This document shows positions 38,981-49,714 of a DNA stretch of 64,000 bases, piece by piece (the stretch's first letter is position 1; each line of letters starts with the position of its first letter). Origin of the DNA: a bacterium HR37 (GTDB lineage Bacteria > Desulfobacterota_D > UBA1144 > Nemesobacterales > CSP1-2); the NCBI GenBank assembly GCA_002898375.1, contig BEIN01000012.1, forward strand, positions 3,922-67,921. Reading direction: 5' to 3'. The notes beneath the pieces are model-generated. The model saw only the letters and a program-made list of their open reading frames with translations. It was not told where the DNA came from and made no database searches. Position numbers and translations under genes: made by a program.

Positions 38981-39949
38981 ATGCTAACCCTTAAACAAAG
39001 TATAAACGGAGCGCTTAAATATTTCTATATAAAGGCTACAAAGCGCCCTAAACTCGTTAACCTGGAGGTTACAAAGCTATGCAACGCAAGGTGTGATTTC
39101 TGTGATTACTGGCAGACAAAACACGAGATCAGGCTTTCTGATTACGGCCCTGTAATAAGGAAGATAAATCCTCTTGTGGTTGTAATTACCGGTGGAGAGC
39201 CTATGCTGAGGAAGGATCTTCCAAATATCGTTAGGCAGATAAAAGAGTCTTCTATGTTTATATTTACCTCTATGGTTACCAAAGGTGATCTTCTTACCCT
39301 GGAAAAGGCAAGAGAGTTATTTGAGTCAGGTCTTGATCAGATTGCCATATCACTTGATTTTTTGGGTAGCAAACACGACGCTTATAGGGGGATTCAGGGT
39401 CTGTGGGATCATCTCTCTGATCTCATTCCCAGGCTTGCAAGGACATTCAGTAAAAAAAGTGTGGTACTTAATACCATCATTATGTTAGATAACCTTGATC
39501 AGATAATAGATATTGCTCATCAAGCAAAAGATTGGGGGGTAAGTATCTCTTTTAGTTCCTACTCCGTTATGAAAACCAACAATACCTCTCATTTTGTAAA
39601 GAAACAGCAGATAGAGAGGGTAAGGGAGATAGTTGAAGAACTTATAAGGCTAAGGAGAAAGTGGAAGGGGGTTATTGTATCTACGGAATACTATCTCAGG
39701 GAGGTCCCAAGTTATTTTGAAAAAGGAGGGGTACCGGATTGCTTTGCTGGTATTAATATGATACAGGTAACCCCTAGTGGGCACATAAAGAGGTGCTCTG
39801 AGATGCCCGTTGTTGCCCACTACAGCGAGTACTTTCCCGGGTTCTTTGATAAGACCAGGTGCACCTCATGCTGGTATAGCTGTAGGGGGGAAACTCAAAC
39901 CCCTGTTGACCTTAGAAGGACCCTGGAGTACATGGGGATATGGATTTAA
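38981..39949 (+). CDS. Radical SAM protein (SPASM/twitch-like C-terminus)
   Basis: CNARCDFC; ITGGEP; C-terminal CFAG...C...CTSCWYSC; start 38981 or 38972. Confidence 0.88.
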   Translation: MLTLKQSINGALKYFYIKATKRPKLVNLEVTKLCNARCDFCDYWQTKHEIRLSDYGPVIRKINPLVVVITGGEPMLRKDLPNIVRQIKESSMFIFTSMVTKGDLLTLEKARELFESGLDQIAISLDFLGSKHDAYRGIQGLWDHLSDLIPRLARTFSKKSVVLNTIIMLDNLDQIIDIAHQAKDWGVSISFSSYSVMKTNNTSHFVKKQQIERVREIVEELIRLRRKWKGVIVSTEYYLREVPSYFEKGGVPDCFAGINMIQVTPSGHIKRCSEMPVVAHYSEYFPGFFDKTRCTSCWYSCRGETQTPVDLRRTLEYMGIWI

Positions 39950-39968
39950 CCGTACCGTGGTTTTTGTT

Positions 39969-41414
39969 TTAGTTGGTTTTTATCCTCCAGATTGTTCCCT
40001 TTGGTGTATCCTCTAGGATTATTCCTTTGGATTTTAGGTACTCTCTTATTTCATCTGCACGCTTCCAGTTCTTTGCCTTTCTTGCTTCTGTTCTCTCCCT
40101 TATAAGCTCTTCAATTTCCTGTTCCGTTATCTCAATGGGTCTTTTGCTTAGCTTTTCTTTTCTTAGATAATCATCCGGCTGATACTCAAGAATTCCAAGT
40201 ATGTTCCCAAGTGTTTTCATCTCTTTTATTGCCTCATCCAGAGTTGGTGTCCATCCAATTGAGTCAACGGATCTATTGATTGCTCTTGAGAGTTCAAAAA
40301 GGTCTCCAAGAGCATCTGCTGTATTAAAGTCATTGCACATTGCCTCAAACCAGCTCTGTTTGAACCTTTTTAAGCTGTTTGCAAGCTCTCTGTCTTCTGT
40401 TAAACTGCCTTCCTTTCTGAGATCACTGGCCCTTTTAATCGTTATATAGAGTCTTTCAAGGGCAGATTCGTTTTCATCTAGGGTCCTTTCTGAGAAATCT
40501 GCAGGGTTTTGATAATGGTGGGAGAGAAAAAAGAGCCTTATTGCCTCCCTGCTCCATCTGGAGAGAGCATCTTTTACGTTTATAATGTTTCCTATAGACT
40601 TTGACATCTTCTCGCGGTTAATCTGAATAAGCCCGTTGTGTATCCAGTACTTTACAAATTCTTTTCCGGTTGCTGCTTCTGATTGGGCTATTTCGTTTTC
40701 ATGGTGTGGAAAGATTAAATCTTTTCCCCCTCCATGAATCTCAAAGCTTGTACCCAGGTATTTCATGCTCATAGCGGAGCATTCTATGTGCCATCCTGGA
40801 CGTCCTTTTCCCCATGGACTTTCCCACCAGGGCTCATCAGGTTTTGCCCCTTTCCAGAGTGCAAAGTCAAGAGGGTCTTCTTTTTTCTCATTTATGTCTA
40901 TTCTTATGCCTGCAAGCATCTCTTCAGGGGTTCTTTTAGAGAGTTTGCCATAGCCTGGAAATTTCTTTATCGAGAAAAAGACATCTCCGTCGGATTGGTA
41001 TGCAAATCCTTTATCAACCAGTATTCTTATAAGCTCTATTATATCAGGTATGTGTTCTGTAACCTTAGGTTCAAAATCAGGGGGTTGGACTCCAAGCGCA
41101 TCCATATCTCTTCTGTATTCTTCTGTGTATATCCGGGCTATCTCATCTGGTGGTATTCCCGTTTGCCTTGATTTGTTTATTATTTTGTCATCTATATCTG
41201 TGAAGTTTCTTGCGTATGTTACCTTGTATCCCACATTTTGTAGAAACCTTCTTATAACATCAAAGGTTACAGCAGCCCTTGCATGACCCAGGTGCGCAGA
41301 GTCATATACCGTGGGGCCGCATACATACATTCTGATCCTGTTCCCTTCAAGGGGAACAAGCTCCTCCATCCTTTGTGAAAGTGTGTTGTAAACCTTTATC
41401 TTTATATCAACCAT
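39969..41414 (-). CDS. cysS: Cysteine--tRNA ligase
   Basis: CGPTVY, HLGH, GRPGWHIECSAM, KMSKS. Confidence 0.97.
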   Translation of the reverse strand: MVDIKIKVYNTLSQRMEELVPLEGNRIRMYVCGPTVYDSAHLGHARAAVTFDVIRRFLQNVGYKVTYARNFTDIDDKIINKSRQTGIPPDEIARIYTEEYRRDMDALGVQPPDFEPKVTEHIPDIIELIRILVDKGFAYQSDGDVFFSIKKFPGYGKLSKRTPEEMLAGIRIDINEKKEDPLDFALWKGAKPDEPWWESPWGKGRPGWHIECSAMSMKYLGTSFEIHGGGKDLIFPHHENEIAQSEAATGKEFVKYWIHNGLIQINREKMSKSIGNIINVKDALSRWSREAIRLFFLSHHYQNPADFSERTLDENESALERLYITIKRASDLRKEGSLTEDRELANSLKRFKQSWFEAMCNDFNTADALGDLFELSRAINRSVDSIGWTPTLDEAIKEMKTLGNILGILEYQPDDYLRKEKLSKRPIEITEQEIEELIRERTEARKAKNWKRADEIREYLKSKGIILEDTPKGTIWRIKTN

Positions 41415-41421
41415 TGTAACC

Positions 41422-42231
41422 CTATATTAGGTCTTCTCCTCCATCTACCCCTATTACGTTTCCAGTTATCCAGTATGTTCCGGGATGTGAGAGAGCAACT
41501 ATTGCTTCTGCCACATCTTTAGGGGTGGTAAGCCTTCCGCTTGGGTTTGCTTGAAGGGCCTTCTCTATTATCAATTCGTGACCTGGTATCTTGCGGAGGG
41601 CTGGAGTGTCAGTAACGCCTGCTCTCAGTGCGTTTACCGTTATCCCATATGGAGCAAGCTCAACTGCGAGCTGTCTTACATGGGCTTCAAGCGCTGCCTT
41701 TGAAGCAGAAACAGGTCCATAGGTGGGCCATACTCTGTGCCCTCCAGCACTGGTCATTGCAAATATCCTTCCACCTGATACCATGAGGTTTCTAAGAACG
41801 ATTTCCTGTGTCCAGTAAACCAGACTGTGAGCCATAACATCAAGGGTCATATTCATATTTGACTCCGTAACCATTTCCTTGGGAGAGTTTGATATATAGG
41901 GTTTTAGGGTTCCAAAGGCAAGTGAGTGAAGCATTATCTTTATGCCAGAGGGGTTTTGGTTTTCCTTAAGTACCTGCTCTATATGGTCTATGGTTTCTCT
42001 TCGTTTCTCTGAATCCGATGCATTTATGTTAAAAAAAACAGCCTGTCTGCCTTTTTCCTTGATGGTACCTATAATTCGCTCGACATTTGGCATTGTGGAC
42101 TTTCTATCCAGATGGATACCAAATATGTGCATTCCAGCCTCGGCAAGCCGAATTGCAACTGCTTCTCCAAAACCGCTAGAGGCTCCCAGTATAAGTGCCC
42201 AGTTATCTTTTAGATGGGTTTCTGTACTCAA
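41422..42231 (-). CDS. SDR oxidoreductase, FabL-like enoyl-ACP reductase
   Basis: LGASSGFG; YGPVSASK (Yx6K); TDTPAL. Confidence 0.8.
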   Translation of the reverse strand: MSTETHLKDNWALILGASSGFGEAVAIRLAEAGMHIFGIHLDRKSTMPNVERIIGTIKEKGRQAVFFNINASDSEKRRETIDHIEQVLKENQNPSGIKIMLHSLAFGTLKPYISNSPKEMVTESNMNMTLDVMAHSLVYWTQEIVLRNLMVSGGRIFAMTSAGGHRVWPTYGPVSASKAALEAHVRQLAVELAPYGITVNALRAGVTDTPALRKIPGHELIIEKALQANPSGRLTTPKDVAEAIVALSHPGTYWITGNVIGVDGGEDLI

Positions 42232-42538
42232 AGGGTCCTCCCTGAATTTTGATGTTTATAAATACCTTAGAGATTCTACGCACTTTGATGCGAATTTCAA
42301 GAACGGAACCACCTAAATTATAACCTGTTGATTGAGTGCTTTCCCCCATCCAAATCCAACCTTTCTCCTGGCGGTTCTTTAAATCTTACCTGCTTCTTTG
42401 TATCCTGTACCGTTAATCGTCTCTAGGGGGGCTAAGCCTGTGTGCCAGTTTATTTATTAGGTCTGTGCATATACCTGGTTATGGAGTCAATCATTACTTT
42501 AATGATAGACTGGAAAGGAGGTTATTGACAATACGAAG

Positions 42539-43069
42539 GTGTTTAAGGAAATTATTAAGCAACTCCAAGCATATATGAATGCGTATTTTTTTTACTCCAG
42601 TATCTGTGATTCTCTATTTGGAAGCGTAGTCGTTGTTGGAACTCACCGTGGTGTTTTTAGGGTTATATTTGGGGAAGAGGAGTTTAGAAGGTTTATGGTA
42701 AATTTTAGAGGTATTAAGCTTCTTAAAGGAGGAGAGCCTCAAAGGGCTTCTTTGGAGATTAAGAGGTACCTGCGGGGAATGATTAACAATTTTAGTGTAA
42801 GATTGGATCTATCCATGGGAACCCCGTTTCAAAGGTCTGTTTGGGAAGAGGTTTTAAAGATACCCTATGGGCAAGTTAGGACATATGGGGAGATAGCAAA
42901 AAGTATTGGTAAACCCAGGGCATTTCGTGCTGTTGGAAGGGCGGTTGCCCTAAACCCTGTCCCTATACTTGTTCCATGTCACCGGGTGGTTTCATCTTGT
43001 GGTTTAGGAGGATACTCTCCCGGGATTCAGTTTAAGAAAAGGCTTCTTATGATTGAGGGATTTCTTTAA
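42539..43069 (+). CDS. ogt: Methylated-DNA--protein-cysteine methyltransferase
   Basis: GTPFQ, IPYGQVRTYG, PCHRV; start may be ATG 42575. Confidence 0.92.
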   Translation: MFKEIIKQLQAYMNAYFFYSSICDSLFGSVVVVGTHRGVFRVIFGEEEFRRFMVNFRGIKLLKGGEPQRASLEIKRYLRGMINNFSVRLDLSMGTPFQRSVWEEVLKIPYGQVRTYGEIAKSIGKPRAFRAVGRAVALNPVPILVPCHRVVSSCGLGGYSPGIQFKKRLLMIEGFL

Positions 43070-43529
43070 TCTGGTGAGAAAACATCTTACACTCCTTTTT
43101 GCAACGTTTTTTTATATGGGATACTCTCCAGTTGCTCCTGGAACGGTGGGTACTATAGGGGCAGTGTTTCTGCTTTTTGCCCTTTCTATGTTTTCCTTGG
43201 AGGTCTATTTTTTCTTTTTGATTGGGTTTATAATTTTCTCTATATGGGTTTCCGGCCGAGCATCATGTCTTTTGGGGGCAGAAGACCCTAGGCAGGTTGT
43301 TATAGATGAGGTGTGTGGATATATGGTAACCATGTCTTTTTTACCCCTTAGCTTAACGAATATGGTTATCGGGTTTTTCTTGTTTAGGTTTTTCGATGTT
43401 GTAAAACCTCCTCCATTAAGGAGACTGGAGTCTTTAAAAGGTGGAGTCGGTATTGTTGCAGACGATATATGTGCTGGGGTATATGCAAACTTTATTCTCC
43501 AGATTATCACAAGGGTAAAGGGGGGTTAA
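43053..43529 (+). CDS. pgpA: Phosphatidylglycerophosphatase A
   Basis: APGTVGT, DPRQVVIDEV, FRFFDVVKP, GIVADD. Confidence 0.93.
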   Translation: MRDFFNLVRKHLTLLFATFFYMGYSPVAPGTVGTIGAVFLLFALSMFSLEVYFFFLIGFIIFSIWVSGRASCLLGAEDPRQVVIDEVCGYMVTMSFLPLSLTNMVIGFFLFRFFDVVKPPPLRRLESLKGGVGIVADDICAGVYANFILQIITRVKGG

Positions 43530-43542
43530 AGGGGGTATTTAG

Positions 43543-44772
43543 GTGAATTTAGAGGTTATAACTACAGGTGATGAGATAGTAAGTGGTATAACACTTGATA
43601 CAAATTTCCATTGGATAGCAGGTAGGCTAACCGAGCTTGGTTTTAACGTGGGTTTTCATACCAGTGTTGGAGATAGCAAGGAACTTATACTAAATGCCCT
43701 GGAGATAGCAGGTAAGAGGTCTAGCGTTGTTATAGTATCTGGAGGCCTGGGACCTACACCTGATGATTTAACTGCTGAGGTGGCCTCTCTTTTCTTCGGG
43801 GTTCCACTTGAGCTAAACAAAGAAGCTCTCTACATGGTGGAAGAAAGGTTAAGGGAGCGGGGACGAAAGTTCCTTGAGGCAAACAAGAAGCAGGCATATT
43901 TGCCAAAGGGTGCAACTGTACTTAAAAACCTCTGGGGAACTGCTCCTGGATTTCAATTTGAAAACAAAGGCGTTACATTCTTTTTCCTTCCGGGTGTTCC
44001 AAAAGAGTTTAAAGCGATGGTGGAAGAATACGTTATTCCCTATCTTAATAAGAGGTGTCCGAATAGGGACGTATACAGGGTTAAGACAATTAAAACTTTT
44101 GGCCTAAGGGAGTCTGAGATTGCAGAGAGGTTAAGAGGAATTGAGCGAGAGGGTATAAAAATCGGATTCAGTCCATCCTTTCCCGAGGTTCATATAAGGG
44201 TTGTGGCAAGGGGAAAAGAAGTAGATTCTCTGGTCTCTAAGACTGTGAACGATATTGTCTCCAGACTCGGAGACCATGTGTTTTCCACCGAAGGAGAAAC
44301 CCTTGAGGAGGTTGTTGGAAAGCTTCTTTTCCAAAGGGGACTGATTCTTTCCGTTGCAGAATCTTGCACAGGAGGTCTTCTTGCCCACAGAATAACCAAT
44401 GTTCCTGGAAGCTCAAACTACTTTAATAGAGGAGTTGTTGTTTACAGCAATGAATCCAAAGTGGAGATTCTCGGGGTGCCAGAGGAGATGATTTCATCTT
44501 TTGGGGCTGTAAGTGCAGAGGTTGTTAAGGCAATGGCAGATGGTATAAGGAGGATATCAAACTCGGATCTGGGTGTTGCAATATCAGGGATTGCCGGTCC
44601 TGGAGGTGGAACGCCGGAAAAACCCGTAGGAACCGTTTTTATAGGTATGTCGCACAGTAAAGGGACAGAGTCCAAAAGGTATCTTTTTAAAGGAACCAGA
44701 GAGGAGATAAAGGTTTTATCGTCTGAAACAGCTTTGGATTGGATTAGGAAATTTATTTTAAATGATGTATAA
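43543..44772 (+). CDS. cinA: Competence/damage-inducible protein CinA (MoCF-binding plus PncC domains)
   Basis: GDEIVSG..DTN, GGLGPTPDD, AESCTGG, GIAGPGGG. Confidence 0.93.
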   Translation: MNLEVITTGDEIVSGITLDTNFHWIAGRLTELGFNVGFHTSVGDSKELILNALEIAGKRSSVVIVSGGLGPTPDDLTAEVASLFFGVPLELNKEALYMVEERLRERGRKFLEANKKQAYLPKGATVLKNLWGTAPGFQFENKGVTFFFLPGVPKEFKAMVEEYVIPYLNKRCPNRDVYRVKTIKTFGLRESEIAERLRGIEREGIKIGFSPSFPEVHIRVVARGKEVDSLVSKTVNDIVSRLGDHVFSTEGETLEEVVGKLLFQRGLILSVAESCTGGLLAHRITNVPGSSNYFNRGVVVYSNESKVEILGVPEEMISSFGAVSAEVVKAMADGIRRISNSDLGVAISGIAGPGGGTPEKPVGTVFIGMSHSKGTESKRYLFKGTREEIKVLSSETALDWIRKFILNDV

Positions 44773-44803
44773 TCATTAATTATTTAGATAGTGGGTTGGT
44801 GTT

Positions 44804-45829
44804 ATGTCAAGCATAAACAAAGAAAAAGCTATAGAACTTGCCTTATCTTCTATTGAGAAACAGTTTGGAAAAGGCGCCATTATGCGCCTTGGGGCTGATG
44901 CTGCTGCTACCGCTGAGATCTCTGTAATTCCCACCGGCTCTATAGGGCTTGATATTGCCTTGGGCGTTGGTGGATTTCCCAGGGGCAGGATTGTAGAGAT
45001 ATTTGGTCCTGAGGCTTCGGGAAAAACAACCCTTGCTTTACATGCAATAGCTGAGTCTCAAAAACTCGGTGGGATTGCTGCTTTTGTTGATGCGGAACAC
45101 GCACTCGACCTTAACTATGCAAGGGGTCTTGGGGTTAAGATAGAGGATCTTCTTATTTCGCAACCTGACTTTGGTGAGCAGGCACTAGAGATTGTTGATA
45201 CGCTTGTAAGAAGCGGTGCAGTTGATGTTATAGTGCTTGATTCGGTAGCCGCACTTACCCCCAGAGTGGAGATTGAAGGGGATATGGGTGATGCACATGT
45301 CGGTCTTCAGGCAAGGCTTATGTCTCAGGCTCTAAGGAAGATAACGGCCAGTGTCAGCAAATCCAAAACGATAGTTATTTTTGTGAATCAGACCAGGATG
45401 AAAATCGGTGTTCCTTCTTATATGAATCCGGAGACAACTACCGGAGGAACAGCGCTTAAGTTTTATGCCTCGGTTAGGATTGATATAAGAAGGGTGGGTT
45501 CTGTAAAGGACGGAGATGAGGTTTCTGGAAACAGGGTAAGGGCCAAGGTGGTAAAGAACAAGGTTGCTCCTCCTTTTAGGGAGGCTGAGTTTGATATCAT
45601 CTTTGGTAGTGGAATCTCTCAGGAAGGAGAGTTAATTGACCTTGGAACCAAGCTAAAGGTTATAGAGAAAAGCGGAACATGGTTTTCCTTTGAAGGAGAG
45701 AGATTGGGGCAGGGAAGGGAGAATGCAAAGGCCTTTCTCAAGGAACATCCGGATGTAATGGAGAGAATAAAAAGAGAGGTTCTTTCAAGGTCAGCCCTTG
45801 CCAGGGAAGTAAAACCTGAAGAGGTATAG
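44804..45829 (+). CDS. recA: Recombinase A
   Basis: [36 protein letters not shown]. Confidence 0.99.
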   Translation: MSSINKEKAIELALSSIEKQFGKGAIMRLGADAAATAEISVIPTGSIGLDIALGVGGFPRGRIVEIFGPEASGKTTLALHAIAESQKLGGIAAFVDAEHALDLNYARGLGVKIEDLLISQPDFGEQALEIVDTLVRSGAVDVIVLDSVAALTPRVEIEGDMGDAHVGLQARLMSQALRKITASVSKSKTIVIFVNQTRMKIGVPSYMNPETTTGGTALKFYASVRIDIRRVGSVKDGDEVSGNRVRAKVVKNKVAPPFREAEFDIIFGSGISQEGELIDLGTKLKVIEKSGTWFSFEGERLGQGRENAKAFLKEHPDVMERIKREVLSRSALAREVKPEEV

Positions 45830-45830
45830 C

Positions 45831-46976
45831 ATGCACATAGATGATATTCTAAGGGCAGCGGTTAAGGTAGGTGCCTCTGATGTTCATCTAAAAGTTGGCA
45901 GTCATCCCGTTTTCAGGATAGAAGGAAGTCTCTTTTTTATAAAGGAAGCTCCAGTGATCACAGAGGAGTTTATGCAGAGAACTGCTTTTTCAATGATGAG
46001 TGCATTGCAGAGGGAGCGGTTTAAGCAATCAAACGATGTTGACCTGGCGTATAACCTTCCAGGGGTATCCCGTTTTAGGGTTAACATATTTCAGCAACGT
46101 GGTGCACTCTCTATGGCTTTAAGGGTAATCCCTTCTGTTATAAGAGACTTTCGCTCACTTAACCTACCACCCATAATAGAGAAAATAGCACAGGAAGAGA
46201 GAGGGCTTGTGCTTGTTACGGGAACAACAGGAAGCGGAAAGACAACAACCCTTGCTTCCATAATTGATTACATAAACTCAACTCGTGTAAAACACATAAT
46301 AACCATAGAAGACCCGATTGAGTATGTTCATGTGGACAAGAAAAGCTATATAAATCAACGTGAATTGGGTATAGATACCTTCTCTTTTTCGAGTGCCTTA
46401 AGGGCAGCCCTTAGAGAAGACCCCGATGTAATACTGGTTGGTGAGATGAGAGACCTTGAAACGATTGAGATTGCAATCTCTGCTGCTGAAACCGGGCATC
46501 TTGTGTTCTCTACACTTCATACACTGGATGCAAAGGAGACTGTAAACAGAATCCTTGCTGTCTTTCCCTCAAACCAGCAAAACCAGATAAGGTATCAGCT
46601 TTCTCAGGTTCTAAAGGCAATAGTGTCCTTGCGCCTTGTTCCCAGGGCAGATGGAAAGGGAAGGGTTCCAGCCGTTGAGGTGTTGATAGCTACAGCAAGA
46701 ATAAGAGACTGTATAGCCAATCCATCAAAGACCGATGAGATTAGAAGTGCCATTGAAGAAGGGAATCTCCACTACGGTATGCAGACCTTTGATCAGAGCC
46801 TGTTTGATCTCTATCAAAGGGGTCTTATTACTTATGAGGAGGCCCTTGCACAGGCAACAAATAAAGATGATCTGGCTCTTAAGATAAAGGGAGTTACCCC
46901 TGGCTCTGTTTCGGTATCTGAAAGTAGGGTTGATTTCGAGCTTGAAACGGATACTAAGAAGTACTTAAAAAATTAG
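45831..46976 (+). CDS. Second PilT/PilU-family retraction ATPase
   Basis: ASDVHL, GTTGSGKTTT, EDPIEY, LREDPDVILVGEMRD, GMQTFDQ; lacks AIRNLIRE (has RIRDCIAN). Confidence 0.92.
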   Translation: MHIDDILRAAVKVGASDVHLKVGSHPVFRIEGSLFFIKEAPVITEEFMQRTAFSMMSALQRERFKQSNDVDLAYNLPGVSRFRVNIFQQRGALSMALRVIPSVIRDFRSLNLPPIIEKIAQEERGLVLVTGTTGSGKTTTLASIIDYINSTRVKHIITIEDPIEYVHVDKKSYINQRELGIDTFSFSSALRAALREDPDVILVGEMRDLETIEIAISAAETGHLVFSTLHTLDAKETVNRILAVFPSNQQNQIRYQLSQVLKAIVSLRLVPRADGKGRVPAVEVLIATARIRDCIANPSKTDEIRSAIEEGNLHYGMQTFDQSLFDLYQRGLITYEEALAQATNKDDLALKIKGVTPGSVSVSESRVDFELETDTKKYLKN

Positions 46977-46995
46977 GTTTTTTATAAGTCTTAGA

Positions 46996-47694
46996 ATGTG
47001 GGTGCTGGGTATTGAAACCTCTACTTATGCAGGGAGTGTTGCTTTAATTGAAGACGAAAGGGTTGTTGGGGAGGTATTTATAAACCTGGGGCCATCGCAT
47101 TCTGAAAAACTCCTTCCCATAATCGAGTGGTTGTTAAGAGAGGTTGGCTTAAATAAGGAAGATGTAGAGGGAATAGCAGTTTCTGTTGGGCCGGGCTCTT
47201 TTACCTCGGTAAGGGTTGGAGTAGCCACTGCAAAGGGACTGGCTTTTTCCCTCGGTGTGCCTGTAGTTGGCGTTTCGTCTCTAGAGGTTCTTGCGCTAAA
47301 TTTCCCTTTTGCACCTTTTGTTATATGTTCTATAATAGATGCAAGGAAGGGAGAGGTCTTTATGGCGCTCTTTAGGTCTCTAAACGGCTCTCTAGAAAGA
47401 ATAAGTGAAGACACCTTAGTACGACCTGAGCAGCTTATATCCATTATTAGGGAGAAAACGGTCTTTGTAGGTGACGGTACTTTATCTTACAGGGAACTGT
47501 TAAAGGACTCTCTTGGAGAGCTTGCTCTTTTTTCAACTCCCAGTTTAAACTTTCCCAGGGCTTCTAATTGTGCCCTTATAGGAATTGAGAGGTTAAAGAA
47601 GGGGCAAAAGGATGATGTATTCTCCCTTGCTCCAAAATATTTAAGAAAATCAGATGCCGAAATTTTAAAAGAAAAGAGAGGTGAAATACAATGA
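46996..47694 (+). CDS. tsaB: tRNA threonylcarbamoyladenosine biosynthesis protein TsaB
   Basis: LGIETS, GPGSFTSVRVG, DARKGEV, PKYLR. Confidence 0.93.
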   Translation: MWVLGIETSTYAGSVALIEDERVVGEVFINLGPSHSEKLLPIIEWLLREVGLNKEDVEGIAVSVGPGSFTSVRVGVATAKGLAFSLGVPVVGVSSLEVLALNFPFAPFVICSIIDARKGEVFMALFRSLNGSLERISEDTLVRPEQLISIIREKTVFVGDGTLSYRELLKDSLGELALFSTPSLNFPRASNCALIGIERLKKGQKDDVFSLAPKYLRKSDAEILKEKRGEIQ

Positions 47695-47912
47695 AGGAAG
47701 AAGAAATAATAGAGCAGCTACTAGAGAAGGATGAAGAGTTTAGAGCTCTTTATCTTGAGCACAGGAAGTTAGATGATATGGTAAAGGCTCTTGAACAAAA
47801 AGGGCCGATTTCTCTTGACGAAGAGCTAGAAATCAAGAAACTAAAGAAGAAAAAGCTTTCTCTGAAAGATGAGATGGAGCAGAAAATAAGAAAGGTGAAG
47901 CAAAGTTTGTAA
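47691..47912 (+). CDS. DUF465/YdcH family small coiled-coil protein
   Basis: EFRALYLEHRKLD...LKKKKLSLKDEM. Confidence 0.85.
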   Translation: MKEEEIIEQLLEKDEEFRALYLEHRKLDDMVKALEQKGPISLDEELEIKKLKKKKLSLKDEMEQKIRKVKQSL

Positions 47913-47933
47913 TTAATTCAGGGGGTAATTTAT

Positions 47934-49640
47934 ATGGCAAGAAGAATGATTGGAGCGGAGATGTTTTTTGAGACCTTAATAGACCAGGGGGTCGATATAA
48001 TCTTTGGTCTTCCGGGTGGATACGTGCTTAAGGTATACGATGTTATGCCTAAATACAAACACGCCATAAAACACGTTCTTGCAAGGCATGAGCAGGCAGC
48101 AACACATATGGCGGACGGTTATGCAAGGGCTTCTGGAAGGGCCGGTGTTGTTCTTTGCACTTCCGGTCCTGCGGCTACAAACACCGTTACCGGAATAGCT
48201 ACAGCTCACATGGATTCGTCTCCTGTGGTTGTTTTTACCGGTCAGGTTCCCACTCCTTATCTTGGAAGCGATGCATTTCAGGAGGCTGATCATATAGGAA
48301 TAACGCGTCCCTGTACCAAGCACAACTGTCTGGTAAGAAGAACAAGAGATCTCCCACGCGCTATAAAAGAGGCTTTTTACATCGCTCTTACCGGAAGACC
48401 CGGACCTGTACTTGTGGATATGCCAAAGGACGTTCTTATTGGTGAAGATGAGTTTGAGATTCCAAAAGAGATCAACATAAGGGGGTACAAGCCTGTAACA
48501 AAGGGGCATCCGCTTCAAATAAAACGGGCGGTGGATATGATTCTCTCTTCTAAGAGGCCGGTTATCTTTGGAGGTGGTGGGCTTATATGGTCTGAAGCCA
48601 CCCCTGAACTTATAGAGTTTGCCCACAGGCTTCAGATTCCCGTAGCGCTTACCCTTATGGGGTTGGGAGCTTATCCTGCAGATGACCCGTATTTTCTTAG
48701 CATGCTCGGTATGCACGGCTCATACAAGGCCAATATGGCTGTTCATGAGAGTGACCTTATTATTGCAATAGGGGCCAGATTCGATGACAGGGCAACAGGT
48801 GGAAACTTCTCAAAGTTTGCTCCAAATGCAAGGATAATTCATATAGATATAGACCCCTCTTCAATTGACAAAAACATACGTGTTCACTGTCCGATAGTGG
48901 GTGATGCAAAGCAGGTTCTCAGACAGATTCTTGAGCTTATCCCCTCGGATTTCAAAGTTGATAGAAGAGAGTGGTTTGGTAAGATTGAGGAATGGGAGCG
49001 GCAACATCCTCTTGTATGTAAACAGAGTGATAAGAAGATAATGACCTCATTCTTGATAGATATGCTCTGGAGGCTTACAAAGGGAGATGCCATAATCGTT
49101 ACAGATGTGGGCCAGCATCAGATGTGGGTTGCTCAGTTTTACAAGTTTAAACGCCCACGGACACATATAACCTCAGGTGGACTGGGTACCATGGGGTTTG
49201 GTTTCCCTGCTGCAATGGGGGCTAAGTTTGCGCGTCCTGATGAGCTTGTTATCTGTGTTTCTGGAGATGGAAGCTTCCAGATGAATATGCAGGAGCTTGC
49301 TACCGCGGTGGAGAACAATATGGATTTAAAGGTAATTGTTATTAACAACGAGCACCATGGTATGGTTAGACAGTGGCAGACAATGTTTTTCAATCGTAAC
49401 TACTCAGCTTCCCATTTCGATGTAATGCCGGATTTTGTAAAGCTTGCAGAAGCTTTTGGAGCAAAGGGACTTAGGGCAACTCATCCGGATGAACTGGAAT
49501 CGACCCTTAAAGAGGGGCTTTTCAGTGAGGGTGTTGTTCTTATGGAGATAGTTGTAGATTATGAGGAGATGGTTTATCCTATGATTGCTCCTGGTGGTGC
49601 TATGAACGAGATGATACTGGAGCCTGCCGATGTTGCTTAA
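47934..49640 (+). CDS. ilvB: Acetolactate synthase large subunit
   Basis: [35 protein letters not shown]. Confidence 0.97.
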   Translation: MARRMIGAEMFFETLIDQGVDIIFGLPGGYVLKVYDVMPKYKHAIKHVLARHEQAATHMADGYARASGRAGVVLCTSGPAATNTVTGIATAHMDSSPVVVFTGQVPTPYLGSDAFQEADHIGITRPCTKHNCLVRRTRDLPRAIKEAFYIALTGRPGPVLVDMPKDVLIGEDEFEIPKEINIRGYKPVTKGHPLQIKRAVDMILSSKRPVIFGGGGLIWSEATPELIEFAHRLQIPVALTLMGLGAYPADDPYFLSMLGMHGSYKANMAVHESDLIIAIGARFDDRATGGNFSKFAPNARIIHIDIDPSSIDKNIRVHCPIVGDAKQVLRQILELIPSDFKVDRREWFGKIEEWERQHPLVCKQSDKKIMTSFLIDMLWRLTKGDAIIVTDVGQHQMWVAQFYKFKRPRTHITSGGLGTMGFGFPAAMGAKFARPDELVICVSGDGSFQMNMQELATAVENNMDLKVIVINNEHHGMVRQWQTMFFNRNYSASHFDVMPDFVKLAEAFGAKGLRATHPDELESTLKEGLFSEGVVLMEIVVDYEEMVYPMIAPGGAMNEMILEPADVA

Positions 49641-49714
49641 ACACTGAAATAAAGTAAGGTTAATTTTACCTCTGTAATAATCTCTAAATTCCAAGAATTG
49701 GAGGTTTAGGTAAA

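Noticed and set aside
42240..42530. Roughly 290-bp gap between the SDR gene and ogt as possible ncRNA or pseudogene
   Set aside because: Only short interrupted frames and no recognisable RNA family or convincing structure.
47976..48716. Long antisense ORFs (also 53988-54695, 28780-29397, 22115-22621)
   Set aside because: Shadows of well-supported genes on the opposite strand; no motifs or SD.
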